Source: an archaeon GW2011_AR15 (lineage in GTDB: Archaea; Nanobdellota; Nanobdellia; Woesearchaeales; GW2011-AR15). Taken from it: DNA of 64,000 nucleotides. Each line of letters opens with the position of its first letter. Position 1 is the first letter of the stretch. The stretch is from the NCBI GenBank assembly GCA_000830295.1, contig CP010425.1, forward strand, positions 1,056,001 to 1,120,000, given 5' to 3'. A program made the position numbers and the translations under genes. This document shows, piece by piece, positions 36,819-47,792 of the stretch. The notes below the pieces were generated by a model. That model was given only the letters and a program-made list of their open reading frames with translations, ran no database searches and was not told where the DNA came from.

Positions 36819-38915
36819 ATGAGAAAAACATACATTATCGGGCTCATTTTAGTATTAATCTTAGTTGCATCATGCACCAGAACCGGCCTGCAGACAACCG
36901 ACGAACTGAAAAAGTTTGAGTCAAGGCAGGAAATTATTGATTTCCTTGAGGCAAACCAGGCCTATAATTATGGCAGCAACAGCTATGCATTCGGAAGGGA
37001 TCTCGCTGCTCTGGGAGCTGCTGAATCTGACGGTGCAGTAAAAACTGCCGCTCCAAGTTCCGGGCAGGCCGCATCGGACTATTCAACCACAAACATACAG
37101 GTTGAGGGCGTTGATGAAGCTGACTTTATCAAGAATGACGGGAAATACATATACATAGTAAGCGGCACCAACCTTATCATTGTTGATGCATACCCTGCTG
37201 AAAATGCAGAGATTATATCAAAAACAGATATAGAAGGGTATCCGACTGAGCTTTTCCTGAATGATGACAAGCTGGTGGTATTCACCCAGGTTGACAGTGA
37301 AACATATATCTTCCCTGAATATGACATACTTCCAATGCCTTCCTACAAGCAGAACACAAAGGCAATTGTCTATGACATAAGCGACAGGGAAAATCCTGAA
37401 ATAGAAAAAGAATACGAGCTGGAAGGCTATTATGTAAACTCAAGGATGATCGGCGACAATGTCTATCTTATTGTTCAGGAGAATGTCTATTACTATGACG
37501 GGTTTGTTGACCTTCCTGTTGTAAAGGAATCTTCAAGGATAATAGCCGAGCCTGACATCTATTATTTTGATAATCCTGAAGATAATTACAACTTTAACAC
37601 AATCATGTCTTTCAATCTTAAATCCGGGGAGACGGATGCAGAGACATTTATGATGGGCTATGCAAACACAATCTATGTCTCAAAAGACAATATCTATGTG
37701 ACTTACCAGAAAAACCTTCCTTTCAGGTATTATGAGGAAAGCAACAGGGACAGGTTCTATAATGTGGTTGTTCCATTGCTCCCTGTAAGCGCAAGGACTG
37801 AAATAAATACGATAAGGAATATGGACATAAGCGACACTGAGAAGTGGAGCAGGATTTCCAATGTGCTTGAAGAAATGTACAGCGATATGGATGAGGACGA
37901 CAAGCAGGAACTTGTTGAAGAAATAGAGGAAGCAGTGAATGAGTATGAAATAAAGCAGCAGGAGGAGAGGCAGAAAACCGTTATCCACAAAATCGGGATT
38001 GACAATGGAGATATAACCTATGAAAGCAGAGGAGAAGTAAAAGGCTACCTTCTTGACCAGTTCTCAATGGATGAGCATGAAGGCAATCTGAGAGTTGCAA
38101 CCACATTCAGCACATGGCTTAGGGATGGCTCTGTTACCTACAATAATGTATATGTGCTTGATGAAGACCTTGAGATAATAGGCTCAGAAGAAGAGATTGC
38201 GCCTGATGAAAGTATCTACTCAACAAGATTTATGGGAGACAGGCTTTACATGGTCACTTTCAGGCAGATTGACCCGTTCTTCGTGATTGACCTGTCTGAT
38301 GCAGCAGACCCTGAGGTGCTAGGATATCTGAAAATCCCCGGATTCTCAGATTACCTCCATCCTTATGATGAAAATCACATAATAGGCGTAGGAAAGGAAA
38401 CAGGAGAGAACGAGTACGGCCAGACAACAGTCAAGGGCGTGAAAATAGCTTTGTTTGATGTATCTGATGTCTCCAGCCCTGAATTGGTTGACATGTATGA
38501 GATAGGAGAGCAGGGAACAGATTCAGAGGCGCTGTATGACCACAGGGCATTCCTGTTTGACAAGGAAAAGGGCCTTCTTGTGCTTCCTATAATGGAAATG
38601 AAAGGAAAACAGGAATACGACCCAAGGATGGGCTACTACAGGCAGGACACATGGCAGGGAGCCTATGTCTTTGATATAGACGAAAACGGCTTTGAGCTCA
38701 GGGGCAAAGTCTCTCACGATGAGGCTCTTGATTATTACTATGACTATCAGAACACTGTAAGGAGGTCATTGTTCATGGATGACGTGCTCTACACAGTTTC
38801 CATGAAAGCAATCAAGATGAGCGACCTTGAAAGCCTTGAACTGCTGAATGAGGTTGAGCTTCCGTACACTAAGTATGATTACGGAAGGCCAATGCCATTA
38901 GTAGTTGCAGAATAA
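36819..38915 (+). CDS. Secreted beta-propeller domain lipoprotein
   Basis: LVASC lipobox, YSTTNIQVEGVDEAD, QFSMDE, LKIPGFSDYLHP. Confidence 0.85.
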   Translation: MRKTYIIGLILVLILVASCTRTGLQTTDELKKFESRQEIIDFLEANQAYNYGSNSYAFGRDLAALGAAESDGAVKTAAPSSGQAASDYSTTNIQVEGVDEADFIKNDGKYIYIVSGTNLIIVDAYPAENAEIISKTDIEGYPTELFLNDDKLVVFTQVDSETYIFPEYDILPMPSYKQNTKAIVYDISDRENPEIEKEYELEGYYVNSRMIGDNVYLIVQENVYYYDGFVDLPVVKESSRIIAEPDIYYFDNPEDNYNFNTIMSFNLKSGETDAETFMMGYANTIYVSKDNIYVTYQKNLPFRYYEESNRDRFYNVVVPLLPVSARTEINTIRNMDISDTEKWSRISNVLEEMYSDMDEDDKQELVEEIEEAVNEYEIKQQEERQKTVIHKIGIDNGDITYESRGEVKGYLLDQFSMDEHEGNLRVATTFSTWLRDGSVTYNNVYVLDEDLEIIGSEEEIAPDESIYSTRFMGDRLYMVTFRQIDPFFVIDLSDAADPEVLGYLKIPGFSDYLHPYDENHIIGVGKETGENEYGQTTVKGVKIALFDVSDVSSPELVDMYEIGEQGTDSEALYDHRAFLFDKEKGLLVLPIMEMKGKQEYDPRMGYYRQDTWQGAYVFDIDENGFELRGKVSHDEALDYYYDYQNTVRRSLFMDDVLYTVSMKAIKMSDLESLELLNEVELPYTKYDYGRPMPLVVAE

Positions 38916-38920
38916 TTTTT

Positions 38921-39265
38921 TTATTTCTTTTTTGCTTTGCTTAAACTTTCCAGTTCAGCGGGATTATATTCCTGGTGAATCTTTTCATAGAGCAATTTTA
39001 CAAATGAATCTTTATAATTGACTTCTTCTTCCCAGTCTTTATAAAACATGCCTGGCGCATTTACTCGAAGTATGGTGTATCCCCTTCCAAGAAACCCTTT
39101 CCCTATTATTGTTGCTGAGAGAACACCTTTTTCGTGGTTTGATCTGATATTTGATCTGTATTGAGAAAATCTCTCTTCTTTTAGCAGCTCATTCAAAGCT
39201 GTTTCAAAATCCTCGGTCTTTACAACATTACCCTTAAGAAGATCAACTAGTGTTGTGCTACCCAT
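38921..39265 (-). CDS. Hypothetical protein
   Basis: 114-aa ORF with TTTAAATAT TATA upstream. Confidence 0.6.
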   Translation of the reverse strand: MGSTTLVDLLKGNVVKTEDFETALNELLKEERFSQYRSNIRSNHEKGVLSATIIGKGFLGRGYTILRVNAPGMFYKDWEEEVNYKDSFVKLLYEKIHQEYNPAELESLSKAKKK

Positions 39266-39298
39266 AAAATCTTACAGTATTATCGTATATTTAAATTT

Positions 39299-39835
39299 TT
39301 ACTTTTCAACATTCCCTGAAAGAATCTCAGGAGCTTCTCCAATAATATCAAAAATTTCTTTTTCCAGCTTATAGACAAGCGCAATATCCTCTTTCCTGTT
39401 CTCGCTGTCTCTGGCCGGGTATTTTCTGTTTATGTAGTCATATCTTCCTTTCAGCGAAACTATCTTGTCGTGCAGGACTCTTTTGTCTGCATAATAAATT
39501 ATTTTTTCCTCCCAGGTCTTCAGGCTTTTTATGAAATCACCCCTGTGCTGCTTGGCATAAAATCCCAGTTCCGAATACCCTTTTTCTGCCAATATTTCTT
39601 CTGTCCTGAAACCATGCTTCACTGATTTATCATTTATACAGAGCCACTTGTCTAGGTCATGAAGAAGCGAGCCTTTGTCAACAGTTTCAGAATCTATTTC
39701 AATGCCTTTTTCTTTAAGTTTTTTGCAGAGAAAGACAGCAACTTTGTTCACCGCAATTACATGGTCTATTATATTCTGCGGTGTTCCAAGCTCTTTGTAC
39801 CATCTCAGGCACTGTTCTCTTGTGGGAAATCTCAT
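39299..39835 (-). CDS. HD-domain phosphohydrolase
   Basis: H...LLHDLDK...H...H...YADK. Confidence 0.88.
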   Translation of the reverse strand: MRFPTREQCLRWYKELGTPQNIIDHVIAVNKVAVFLCKKLKEKGIEIDSETVDKGSLLHDLDKWLCINDKSVKHGFRTEEILAEKGYSELGFYAKQHRGDFIKSLKTWEEKIIYYADKRVLHDKIVSLKGRYDYINRKYPARDSENRKEDIALVYKLEKEIFDIIGEAPEILSGNVEK

Positions 39836-40404
39836 CTCAAATGCCCTGTGTTGTTTATCATGTGGATTCTATGTTTTTTATCTTCCGTTATCTCAAATAT
39901 GCTGATACTTGCATTTCCCAGCTCAGGCATCTCTTCAAGCCTTTTACCCTGTACCAGGGCAAGCATCTGCCTGCCTGCCCCTCCATGGCTTACAAATACA
40001 ACAGTGGACTTTGGATATTTTTTATAGGTTTCATCTATGAATCCCCTTAGTCTTTTCTTTGTCTGCTCTTCAGATTCGACCCCTTCCGGCCTCTTATTTT
40101 TCCAATCAATTGGGCCGATTTCTGATTTCTTCTTCCCAGTAAGTATTCCCATGCTGAATTCCCTTAATGATTCAGTAAGAATAAGAGGTACATCTCTATG
40201 ATAGTGTCTTATTTCTTTTGCAGTGTCTGCTGCTCTCGCAAGATCGCTCGAAAATATTGCATCAATTTTTTCATTTTTCAGCCTAAGGGCTGCTTTTCTC
40301 GCCTGATCTATGCCCTGCTCTGTCAGCTTTCCATGAATATGCCCCTGGAAAATGCCCGCAGAATTCTCCTCTGTTTCGCCATGTCTTACCAGAATGACTT
40401 TCAT
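39832..40404 (-). CDS. Histidine phosphatase family protein
   Basis: RHGET, SSDL.RA, E, SHGG, NASIS. Confidence 0.9.
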   Translation of the reverse strand: MKVILVRHGETEENSAGIFQGHIHGKLTEQGIDQARKAALRLKNEKIDAIFSSDLARAADTAKEIRHYHRDVPLILTESLREFSMGILTGKKKSEIGPIDWKNKRPEGVESEEQTKKRLRGFIDETYKKYPKSTVVFVSHGGAGRQMLALVQGKRLEEMPELGNASISIFEITEDKKHRIHMINNTGHLR

Positions 40405-40428
40405 AGTTAATCAGTTTCAAGTATAATG

Positions 40429-41067
40429 CTATATATCTAATTTTTTCTCATTTATAAATTCTTCAAAAACAGAAAGCCTGCTTGTATAATCTGCCTCGGA
40501 AAGGTCAAAATTCAGCCTGTATGTTGAGTCAATATCATGCAGGATATCATGCCAGTCTGTTCTCAGGTCAGCATCCATATCAAGGTACAGAAAATAAAAC
40601 ACGTATATTACCTTACTCCTGGCTATAACTCTTCCATTCGCTTTGTCAATTACAAGGCTCCCGTATGCGCCCTTTGAGGGCATTATGTAATCAGGCCTTT
40701 TTTCAGCAGCGCTTCCAAGAGTGCCGTTCTGTGCTGCATTATAAAACGCTTCTATAACCGGAACAAGAGCTGCAAGGCCATCATAACCCTCCTCGAGCAG
40801 GCTTTGCTCCAGAGGAAAGGTAGAGCCTTCGTGCAGTGTAAGAATATTAGCTCCGCAGCTCAGCCTGTTTTTTATGTCCGGCTTGGAAACGCTCTCTTTT
40901 TCTAGGAAATCTTCAAGGTCCGTAAAGAATTTAGTCTGGCCAAGAAAAAATTCATCAAGATACAGAGCAAAAACTCCTTTTGAGTCTATAGCTGCAATCT
41001 TCCAGTTTTCCTGGTCATGAAGGGCATAGCCTGTTGGGAACCTTGGTGTATACCCTTTGTTATCCAT
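40429..41067 (-). CDS. Hypothetical protein, paralog of 41104-41742
   Basis: Shared motifs GVF.L, F.L...LL..G.DG.AAL.P.I, PDY, G..G, FYL, L..F.EF. Confidence 0.75.
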   Translation of the reverse strand: MDNKGYTPRFPTGYALHDQENWKIAAIDSKGVFALYLDEFFLGQTKFFTDLEDFLEKESVSKPDIKNRLSCGANILTLHEGSTFPLEQSLLEEGYDGLAALVPVIEAFYNAAQNGTLGSAAEKRPDYIMPSKGAYGSLVIDKANGRVIARSKVIYVFYFLYLDMDADLRTDWHDILHDIDSTYRLNFDLSEADYTSRLSVFEEFINEKKLDI

Positions 41068-41103
41068 CAGAAAACTAAGAGAAGAAATTATATTTAAAGT
41101 ATT

Positions 41104-41742
41104 CTATAGCTGAAATGCATCCGGCCTGCTATCGAAGAACTCTTGAAATGCAGCTAATGAGGGCCCAATAGGTTCCTCTTTCACGCTAAAGCTAGGAGTA
41201 TATATCATGTCAACAGTTGCTTTGAGTGTCTCAATATCCTCTCCCTCGTCTCCCAGGTAAAAGAGATGGATATCATATTCAAGATCTTCCTCAATAATAG
41301 CCTTATTGCTCTCTCTGTCCAGACGTATTCTGCCTCTTGCACCCATTCCGCCAATCACGTAATCAGGAAGCTGGAAGGTTGAGTTCTGAAGTTCATTCTC
41401 GCACTTATCCTCTAGCTCCATGTAGAGCACCTTTATTATTGGATCAAGCGCTGCGGTGCCGTCAAGCCCCTGTGCAAGAAGATATTCATCTAATGAAAAC
41501 TCTGCTCCTTTGTACAAAACAATTGTCCATGTATCGTATGAAAGCCTATTCACAATTGAAAGGTCAATGCCTTTCTCCCTGTTGATGAGGTCGTTAGCAG
41601 TAACGTGCTCCCTTGGCACATTCCCGAATGCCGCATCTATTCCCTGGAGCTTAAATACCCCGCCAGAGGCTATAACGCCTATAGGCCCATACCCGCTGTC
41701 CATAACAGTATGGATCATCTCACTGAATTTAGGCTTGTACAT
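41104..41742 (-). CDS. Hypothetical protein, paralog of 40429-41067
   Basis: Same length (212 aa) and collinear motifs. Confidence 0.75.
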   Translation of the reverse strand: MYKPKFSEMIHTVMDSGYGPIGVIASGGVFKLQGIDAAFGNVPREHVTANDLINREKGIDLSIVNRLSYDTWTIVLYKGAEFSLDEYLLAQGLDGTAALDPIIKVLYMELEDKCENELQNSTFQLPDYVIGGMGARGRIRLDRESNKAIIEEDLEYDIHLFYLGDEGEDIETLKATVDMIYTPSFSVKEEPIGPSLAAFQEFFDSRPDAFQL

Positions 41743-41819
41743 TTCCCCTGGGGGAGGAATAAATTATATTTAAATATTGCTTAATTAGTAATAAGAATCA
41801 ATCAGGAATGTTAACAGAA

Positions 41820-42131
41820 TTATACGTCAATCATCTCAATCTCAATATTAAGGCCGTCCGGGATAGGCACTCTCATAACAAGCCTCAGCGCCCTCTCATC
41901 GATGCCAAGATCAATCAATCTCTTGTGTATCCTCATCTCATAGCGCTCCCATGTTTCTGTTCCCTCTCCGTCCGGGCTTTTCCTTGTCGTAACCCTTAGT
42001 TTTTTTGTCGGAAGAGGTATGGGGCCACGTATCACTACCCCTGTCTTGTCTGCAATCTCTTTTATACTAGCACAAACCTGGTTCACCTTATTGATGTCCA
42101 TGCTTGCCAGTTTTATCCTTGCTTTCTGCAT
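41820..42131 (-). CDS. rpsJ: Ribosomal protein S10 (uS10)
   Basis: [22 protein letters not shown]. Confidence 0.97.
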   Translation of the reverse strand: MQKARIKLASMDINKVNQVCASIKEIADKTGVVIRGPIPLPTKKLRVTTRKSPDGEGTETWERYEMRIHKRLIDLGIDERALRLVMRVPIPDGLNIEIEMIDV

Positions 42132-42191
42132 CTTTTTTCTCCTGCATGATAAGTTTTAAATTATCATGAAAATAAAAAATAAAACATAAAT

Positions 42192-43487
42192 TTACTTCTT
42201 GTTCATGTCCTTTGCGACAAGGTCTATGCACATGCCTGCTGCGACTGTTGTTCCGCTGTCCCTGATTGCGAACCTTGACAGCTGCGGTATGTCCTTCTGC
42301 CTCTCTATTACCAGAGGTGTTGTAGGCCTTATCTTTACTATGGCTGCGTCCCCGTTCTTTATGAAGTCAGGCTTTTCCTTAAGTGTTGCGCCTGTTCTTG
42401 GGTCCAGCTGCCTTACAATCTCAACTATCTGGCATGCAACCTGTGCTGTGTGGATGTGGAATACCGGAGTGTATCCTGCTGTGATAACAGTAGGGTGGTT
42501 AAGGACTACCATCTGTGCTGTAAACTCTGTAGCAACAGTAGGCCAGCTGTTAGGATGACCTATAACGTCTCCCCTTGCCAGGTCCTTCTTTCCCATTCCG
42601 CCGACTGAAAATCCGACGTTGTCCCCTGGTTCTGCCTTGTCAAGCTGCTCATGGTGCATTTCTATTGTCTTGCATTCTCCAAGAACTCCTTTTCCTTCTC
42701 TTCCCGGAACTGCAACAATCTTGTCCTTTGCTTTCATAACTCCTGTCTCTACCCTTCCTACCGGTACAACTCCTATACCTGTGATGTTATAGACATCCTG
42801 GATAGGTAGCCTCAGCGGCAGGTTGACTGGTTTTTCCGGTACTTTGAAATTGTCAAGTCCCTCAACAAGTGTCGGACCTGCGTTCCATTTCAGGTTTTCT
42901 GACTTTTTGACAACATTGTCTCCCTTCAGGCCTGAAATCGGAATAAACTGCACTTCCTCTATCTTGTAGCCGACTGTCTTAAGCAGGCCTTCAACCTGTG
43001 ACTTAACAGAATTGAATTTTGCCTGGTCATAGTTGACCATATCCATCTTGTTCACTGCTACTGCAAGCTGGTTGACACCGAGTGTCTTTGCAAGGAAAAC
43101 GTGCTCCTTTGTCTGTGCCATGACTCCGTCAGTAACTGCAACTACAAGCACACCGCAGTCTGCCTGTGATGCTCCTGTAATCATGTTCTTGACGAAATCC
43201 CTGTGGCCTGGTGCGTCGATTATTGTGAAATCATATTTTGCTGTTGAGAATTTCTTGTGGGCAAGGTCGATTGTAATACCCCTTTCCCTCTCTTCCTTAA
43301 GGTTGTCCATGACATAAGCGAACTCAAATCCGCCTTTTCCCTGGGCATCTGCAAGCTCCTTAAGCTTTCTCAGCTGCTGCTCTGAAATATTTCCTGAGTC
43401 GAATAGCAGCCTTCCTACTGTAGTTGATTTGCCGTGGTCAATATGACCAATAACAACGAGATTCAAATGTTCTTTTTGTTTTGCCAT
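42192..43487 (-). CDS. tuf: Elongation factor aEF-1alpha
   Basis: [30 protein letters not shown]. Confidence 0.98.
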   Translation of the reverse strand: MAKQKEHLNLVVIGHIDHGKSTTVGRLLFDSGNISEQQLRKLKELADAQGKGGFEFAYVMDNLKEERERGITIDLAHKKFSTAKYDFTIIDAPGHRDFVKNMITGASQADCGVLVVAVTDGVMAQTKEHVFLAKTLGVNQLAVAVNKMDMVNYDQAKFNSVKSQVEGLLKTVGYKIEEVQFIPISGLKGDNVVKKSENLKWNAGPTLVEGLDNFKVPEKPVNLPLRLPIQDVYNITGIGVVPVGRVETGVMKAKDKIVAVPGREGKGVLGECKTIEMHHEQLDKAEPGDNVGFSVGGMGKKDLARGDVIGHPNSWPTVATEFTAQMVVLNHPTVITAGYTPVFHIHTAQVACQIVEIVRQLDPRTGATLKEKPDFIKNGDAAIVKIRPTTPLVIERQKDIPQLSRFAIRDSGTTVAAGMCIDLVAKDMNKK

Positions 43488-43555
43488 TTTCTATCCTCCG
43501 AATTCAATCATTAGGTCTATTTTTAGGAAATTATAACACTTTATAAGCATTTCTC

Positions 43556-45742
43556 TTATTCTGCTGTAGTTTCCTCCTCGACAATTCCCTTTCTTGACCT
43601 TATCTGGTTTATTATTTTCTGCTGAAGCTCGTTTGGCAGCTTTTCGAATCCCTGGTCAACAACTGAAAAACTTGCCCTTCCCTCTGTTGAGCTTCTTATG
43701 TCGTTGCTTAATCCAAACATCTCTGCAACTGGAAGCTTACCTTTTATTGTTGTGAATTCTCCTCTGCTGTCCATCTCAAGCATCTGCCCTCTCTTTGATG
43801 AAAGCAGCTTTGAGACTTCTCCCATGAATCTTGTTGGGGTATCAAACTGGAGCACCTGCACTGGTTCATAAAGCACAGCCCCGCCGCCCCTTATAGCTGC
43901 CCTTATACCTTCCCTTACTGCAGGGTATACCTGTGCTGGCCCCCTGTGGATTGAATCCTCGTGCAGGCTCATGTCAGCCAGAGTTACAAGCAGACCTATG
44001 CATGGCTCTCTTGCCAGCGGCCCTGCTCTCATGACATCCTCAAACATATCGTTTATGAGCTCAATAACCTCTCCCATATGGACCTGACCACGTGTGTCTT
44101 CTATGAGGATATTCCCTTTATAGATATTCTTGACCTTTCTTGCCTCTTTTGCATCAAATCCGAGTGATGAAAGCTTTTCCCATAGCTGCGGCACTTTCTT
44201 CTTGATTCTCCCTTCAGCAAGCTCTCCTGATTTTATTGCATCCCTTAGTTTTGGGTCAAGAGGAGCAACTTTGAAATAAAACTTGTTGTGCTTGTTCGGA
44301 GATTTTCCTTCATATTCCTGGGAAGGCTTTGTTACTGTCTCCCTGTATACGACAACAGGCGGGCTTGTCTTGACATCAAGGTGCTTCTCAGTCTTAATCC
44401 TGTTTTCTATGATTTCAAGATGCAGCTCTCCCATTCCTGACATCAGGTGCTCTCCTGTCTCCTCATTAATCTGGATTGTAATGGATGGGTCTTCCTTTCC
44501 AACCTTCTTCAGCACTTCAATTAGTTTTGGAAGGTCGCTAGGCTTTGTGGCCTCAACAGCCTTTGTAACAACAGGCTCAAATAAATGCTTGATCTGCTCA
44601 AAAGGCTCAGCGTCTGTGTCTTCTGCGACTGTCTCCCCTGCAAATCCTTTCTTGAACCCTGCAATGCCTATGATGTTTCCTGCGGGAACATTGTCCACTA
44701 CTTCTCTTTTTGCTCCGTTGAATATGTAGACCTGCTGTATTCTTGCAACTTCCTTTGCTGCAATAAGATGAACTGTCATCCCTTTTTTCACTGTTCCTGA
44801 AAAAAGCCTGCCTGTGCATATCTCTCCTGCAAGAGGATCAACGACAATCTTTGTTATCACAAACCCTATTTTACCATTTGGATTGCAGCTCAGAAGGGAT
44901 TTCCCGAAATCTGTCTCAACATCTCCCTGCCATATCTTCGGGATCCTGTATTTTTGTGCATCTATGGGATTTGGGAGGTGCTTTACTACTGCGTTTAGTA
45001 TGACCAGATGGATCGGGGCTTTTTTCCTTAAAGCCTTGATGTCTTCTTCCTCTCCCTTGCTGTATGCGTCTATTATGTCATTGAAATTGACATTGTTCTT
45101 CTGCATATAGGGTATGGAAAGCGCCCAGTTATGGAAAGCAGAGCCGAAGCAGACGCTCCCGTCCTGCACATTGACATCCCATTTTCCCCTGAATTCGTCA
45201 GGGCAGATGCTGTTGACAAACCTGTTTACCCCTGTGATAATTTTTGCGAATCTTTCCTGCATCTGTGCAGGTGTCAGCTGAAGCTCTTTTATCAGCCTGT
45301 CAACTTTATTTATGAAAAGGATTGGCTTTACTCTTTCCCTAAGGGCCTGCCTCAGCACAGTCTCTGTCTGGGGCATCATGCCTTCTACAGCGCAGACAAG
45401 CACGATTGTTCCGTCTGCTGCTCTCATTGCCCTTGTGACGTCCCCTCCAAAATCAACGTGGCCTGGCGTATCCAGAAGATTGATCAGGTGCTCCTCGTTG
45501 TTGAGAGTGTGAACCATAGAAACTGCTGATGTGTCGATTGTGATGCCTCTCTGCTGCTCATCTTCGTGAAAATCAAGCACCTGCATCTTTCCTGCAAGGT
45601 CCTCTGAAATCATGCCTGCGCCTGCCAGGAGGTTATCTGAAAATGTTGTCTTCCCGTGGTCTATGTGAGCGCAAATAGCTATGTTCCTTATATAAGTAGG
45701 TTTATTCATAATTGCTGTTACCCTGTCAACCATCTTTGCCAT
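43556..45742 (-). CDS. fusA: Elongation factor aEF-2
   Basis: AHIDHGKTT, DTPGHVDF, NKVD, GMGELH, diphthamide loop HRG. Confidence 0.98.
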   Translation of the reverse strand: MAKMVDRVTAIMNKPTYIRNIAICAHIDHGKTTFSDNLLAGAGMISEDLAGKMQVLDFHEDEQQRGITIDTSAVSMVHTLNNEEHLINLLDTPGHVDFGGDVTRAMRAADGTIVLVCAVEGMMPQTETVLRQALRERVKPILFINKVDRLIKELQLTPAQMQERFAKIITGVNRFVNSICPDEFRGKWDVNVQDGSVCFGSAFHNWALSIPYMQKNNVNFNDIIDAYSKGEEEDIKALRKKAPIHLVILNAVVKHLPNPIDAQKYRIPKIWQGDVETDFGKSLLSCNPNGKIGFVITKIVVDPLAGEICTGRLFSGTVKKGMTVHLIAAKEVARIQQVYIFNGAKREVVDNVPAGNIIGIAGFKKGFAGETVAEDTDAEPFEQIKHLFEPVVTKAVEATKPSDLPKLIEVLKKVGKEDPSITIQINEETGEHLMSGMGELHLEIIENRIKTEKHLDVKTSPPVVVYRETVTKPSQEYEGKSPNKHNKFYFKVAPLDPKLRDAIKSGELAEGRIKKKVPQLWEKLSSLGFDAKEARKVKNIYKGNILIEDTRGQVHMGEVIELINDMFEDVMRAGPLAREPCIGLLVTLADMSLHEDSIHRGPAQVYPAVREGIRAAIRGGGAVLYEPVQVLQFDTPTRFMGEVSKLLSSKRGQMLEMDSRGEFTTIKGKLPVAEMFGLSNDIRSSTEGRASFSVVDQGFEKLPNELQQKIINQIRSRKGIVEEETTAE

Positions 45743-45766
45743 TTTATTTAGTCACCTGTTTGAAAG

Positions 45767-46255
45767 TTAAAAAACATGCTTCTCATGCACTGTCTTGTAT
45801 GTATGAATCTCTTTGTCCGTAAACCACAAAGCAACTTCTTTTTTTGCATTTTCTGATGTATCTGAAGCATGAATGATGTTCTTCACTGCTGTGCCCTTAT
45901 TGTCGGCATATGCATATGAATGATGCGCAAAATCCCCCCTTATTGTCCCTGGGAGAGCCTGCCTTGGCTCTGTGCTGCCTGTCATCTTCCTCACTACCTC
46001 AACTGCGTGTATACCTTCAACCGCTATAGCAACAACAGGCCCTGAGATTATGAACTCCTCAAGACTCCTGTAGAAAGCCTTCGCAACATGCTCTGAATAG
46101 TGCTTTTTTGAGAAAGCCTTGTCAACCCACACCATTTTCATGCCGACTATCTTAAGCCCGACATTCTCAAATCTGGTTATGATATTGCCCACGATGCCCC
46201 GTTCAACTGCATCAGGTTTCAAAAGCACTAATGTCCTCTCTATAAGGTCTGGCAT
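45767..46255 (-). CDS. ndk: Nucleoside diphosphate kinase
   Basis: KPDAV, GPVV, PGTIRGDF, NIIHASD. Confidence 0.95.
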   Translation of the reverse strand: MPDLIERTLVLLKPDAVERGIVGNIITRFENVGLKIVGMKMVWVDKAFSKKHYSEHVAKAFYRSLEEFIISGPVVAIAVEGIHAVEVVRKMTGSTEPRQALPGTIRGDFAHHSYAYADNKGTAVKNIIHASDTSENAKKEVALWFTDKEIHTYKTVHEKHVF

Positions 46256-46267
46256 TTTTATCATCTC

Positions 46268-46459
46268 CTATTGTTTCTTGTTTTTCCGGTGTTCTTCTGT
46301 CCACCTTGTCAACCTTGGCTTCCTGCTAAGCTTTATCATGTTCTTCTCGCATTTTCCTGAACAAAAATAAAGTATCTTTGCATCAGACTTGATGTACATC
46401 TTACCTGTTCCCGGAGTGAATTCCTTCCCGCAAAAAGTGCATTTCATTTTCTTAAACAC
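46268..46459 (-). CDS. rpl24e: Ribosomal protein L24e
   Basis: CTFCG..PGTG..FCSGKC..PR..WT. Confidence 0.93.
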   Translation of the reverse strand: MFKKMKCTFCGKEFTPGTGKMYIKSDAKILYFCSGKCEKNMIKLSRKPRLTRWTEEHRKNKKQ

Positions 46460-46498
46460 CTCCTGTGTTTGAGAATTGAAAATCTTTGATTTTCATTT

Positions 46499-46801
46499 CT
46501 ATCCACTCCCTCTTCCTGTCTTGTTAAGCGGACGGGCCTCAATTTCTGTCTCTCTCAGCATAAGGATATCTCCTGTCTGCACTGGCCCTACGACATTCCT
46601 TCTTATTATCTTGTTGGCGTCCCTTCCTTCAAGAATCTTGCACCTAACCTGGGTAACTCCGCCTCTTGTGCCTGTCCTTCCAATTACTTCCTCGACTGTA
46701 GCAGGAACAGCAACTGTAAAGGTAACCTTGCCTCTTATTTCCTTTTCCTGCTCTGCTCCCTGTTTCTGCTCAGCCTGCTGAGTCTTTTCTTCTCTTGCCA
46801 T
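46499..46801 (-). CDS. rps28e: Ribosomal protein S28e with N-terminal extension
   Basis: IGRTG.RG.VTQV, IRRNV.GPV..GDIL.LRETE.EAR. Confidence 0.93.
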   Translation of the reverse strand: MAREEKTQQAEQKQGAEQEKEIRGKVTFTVAVPATVEEVIGRTGTRGGVTQVRCKILEGRDANKIIRRNVVGPVQTGDILMLRETEIEARPLNKTGRGSG

Positions 46802-46806
46802 GAAAA

Positions 46807-47127
46807 TCAGCCTTTCTTGTTGAATTCCTTAATCAGCGCTGATGCTTCCCCTGGTTCGGAAACTGCAATAGCGCTTGTCCCCACTTGTAATCCTGCTGCT
46901 GCTCCAAGCTCTTCTTTGCTTGGCACTTCAACGCATGGTATCCCTTTCTCCTTGCAGAGCAAAGGAATGTGCATTATTACTTCTGGAGGATTGACATCTT
47001 TTGCAAAGACTACAAGCTTTGCCGTGCCTCTCTCTATTGACTTTGTTACCTCATTGGTCCCTTTCTTAATCTTGCCGGTTGTCCTGGCAACTTCAACTGC
47101 TTCGTAAGCTTTTTCACTTTCTGACAT
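46807..47127 (-). CDS. rpl7ae: Ribosomal protein L7Ae
   Basis: [26 protein letters not shown]. Confidence 0.96.
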   Translation of the reverse strand: MSESEKAYEAVEVARTTGKIKKGTNEVTKSIERGTAKLVVFAKDVNPPEVIMHIPLLCKEKGIPCVEVPSKEELGAAAGLQVGTSAIAVSEPGEASALIKEFNKKG

Positions 47128-47299
47128 TTGTTTTCACCTTTCCCCATTATTGGTAACCAGAATAAATGTTACCTTCTTTCGGGCCATCTGGCCGTCATAA
47201 TTCATTAGGTATTTTAAAGGAAATTTGGGGTGTTTATAAATGTTACTGATAGAATAATTCTCCAGTTAATTTAAATATAAACAAAATTTACATTGGGGT

Positions 47300-47740
47300 A
47301 TGGGAGATATTGCTGAATACATATTGGAACATGAGAATGGCGGGTATCGTATTGTCCAGGCCTATCAGCAATATACTGCTCACCTTGCAAAATATTTGCA
47401 GATTATTGGGGAGATGGATAGTTTAAAGGGAACAGGAGATTGGGTTCTCGGTATAAATGTTCCGGGCGTCGGGCCTGCATTAACTCTGATTGACGGTGAC
47501 GAGCCCTTTATTGGTCCAATGGGGAATGCAATGATGCATGAAGTTGGACAAGCAAAAACACATCTGCAAATACTGGTGGACAGTCATTGGGGGAATATTC
47601 CCTTAGTCAAGAAATATTATGGGAGATTAATGCAGCAACCATTCCCAGAGAATTACCAAGGATATGATATCCCCGCAGAATACATGATTGCTGATGGCAA
47701 ACTTTCTCCTGGCAGGCCGCTGCACCTGCTTGAAGGTTAA
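47300..47740 (+). CDS. Hypothetical protein
   Basis: 146-aa ORF with TTTAAATAT TATA upstream. Confidence 0.65.
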   Translation: MGDIAEYILEHENGGYRIVQAYQQYTAHLAKYLQIIGEMDSLKGTGDWVLGINVPGVGPALTLIDGDEPFIGPMGNAMMHEVGQAKTHLQILVDSHWGNIPLVKKYYGRLMQQPFPENYQGYDIPAEYMIADGKLSPGRPLHLLEG

Positions 47741-47792
47741 TTCTTTATCAATACTCAACTTTTATAAAGCTGTTGATTTTTCAGTTTTTCAG

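Noticed and set aside
43556-45742. Diphthamide-less EF-2 paralog
   Set aside because: The canonical HRG motif is present and the gene sits in the normal operon
46499-46801. S28e N-terminal extension as a novel fusion
   Set aside because: Short low-complexity Glu/Gln/Lys tail with no sign of a separate domain
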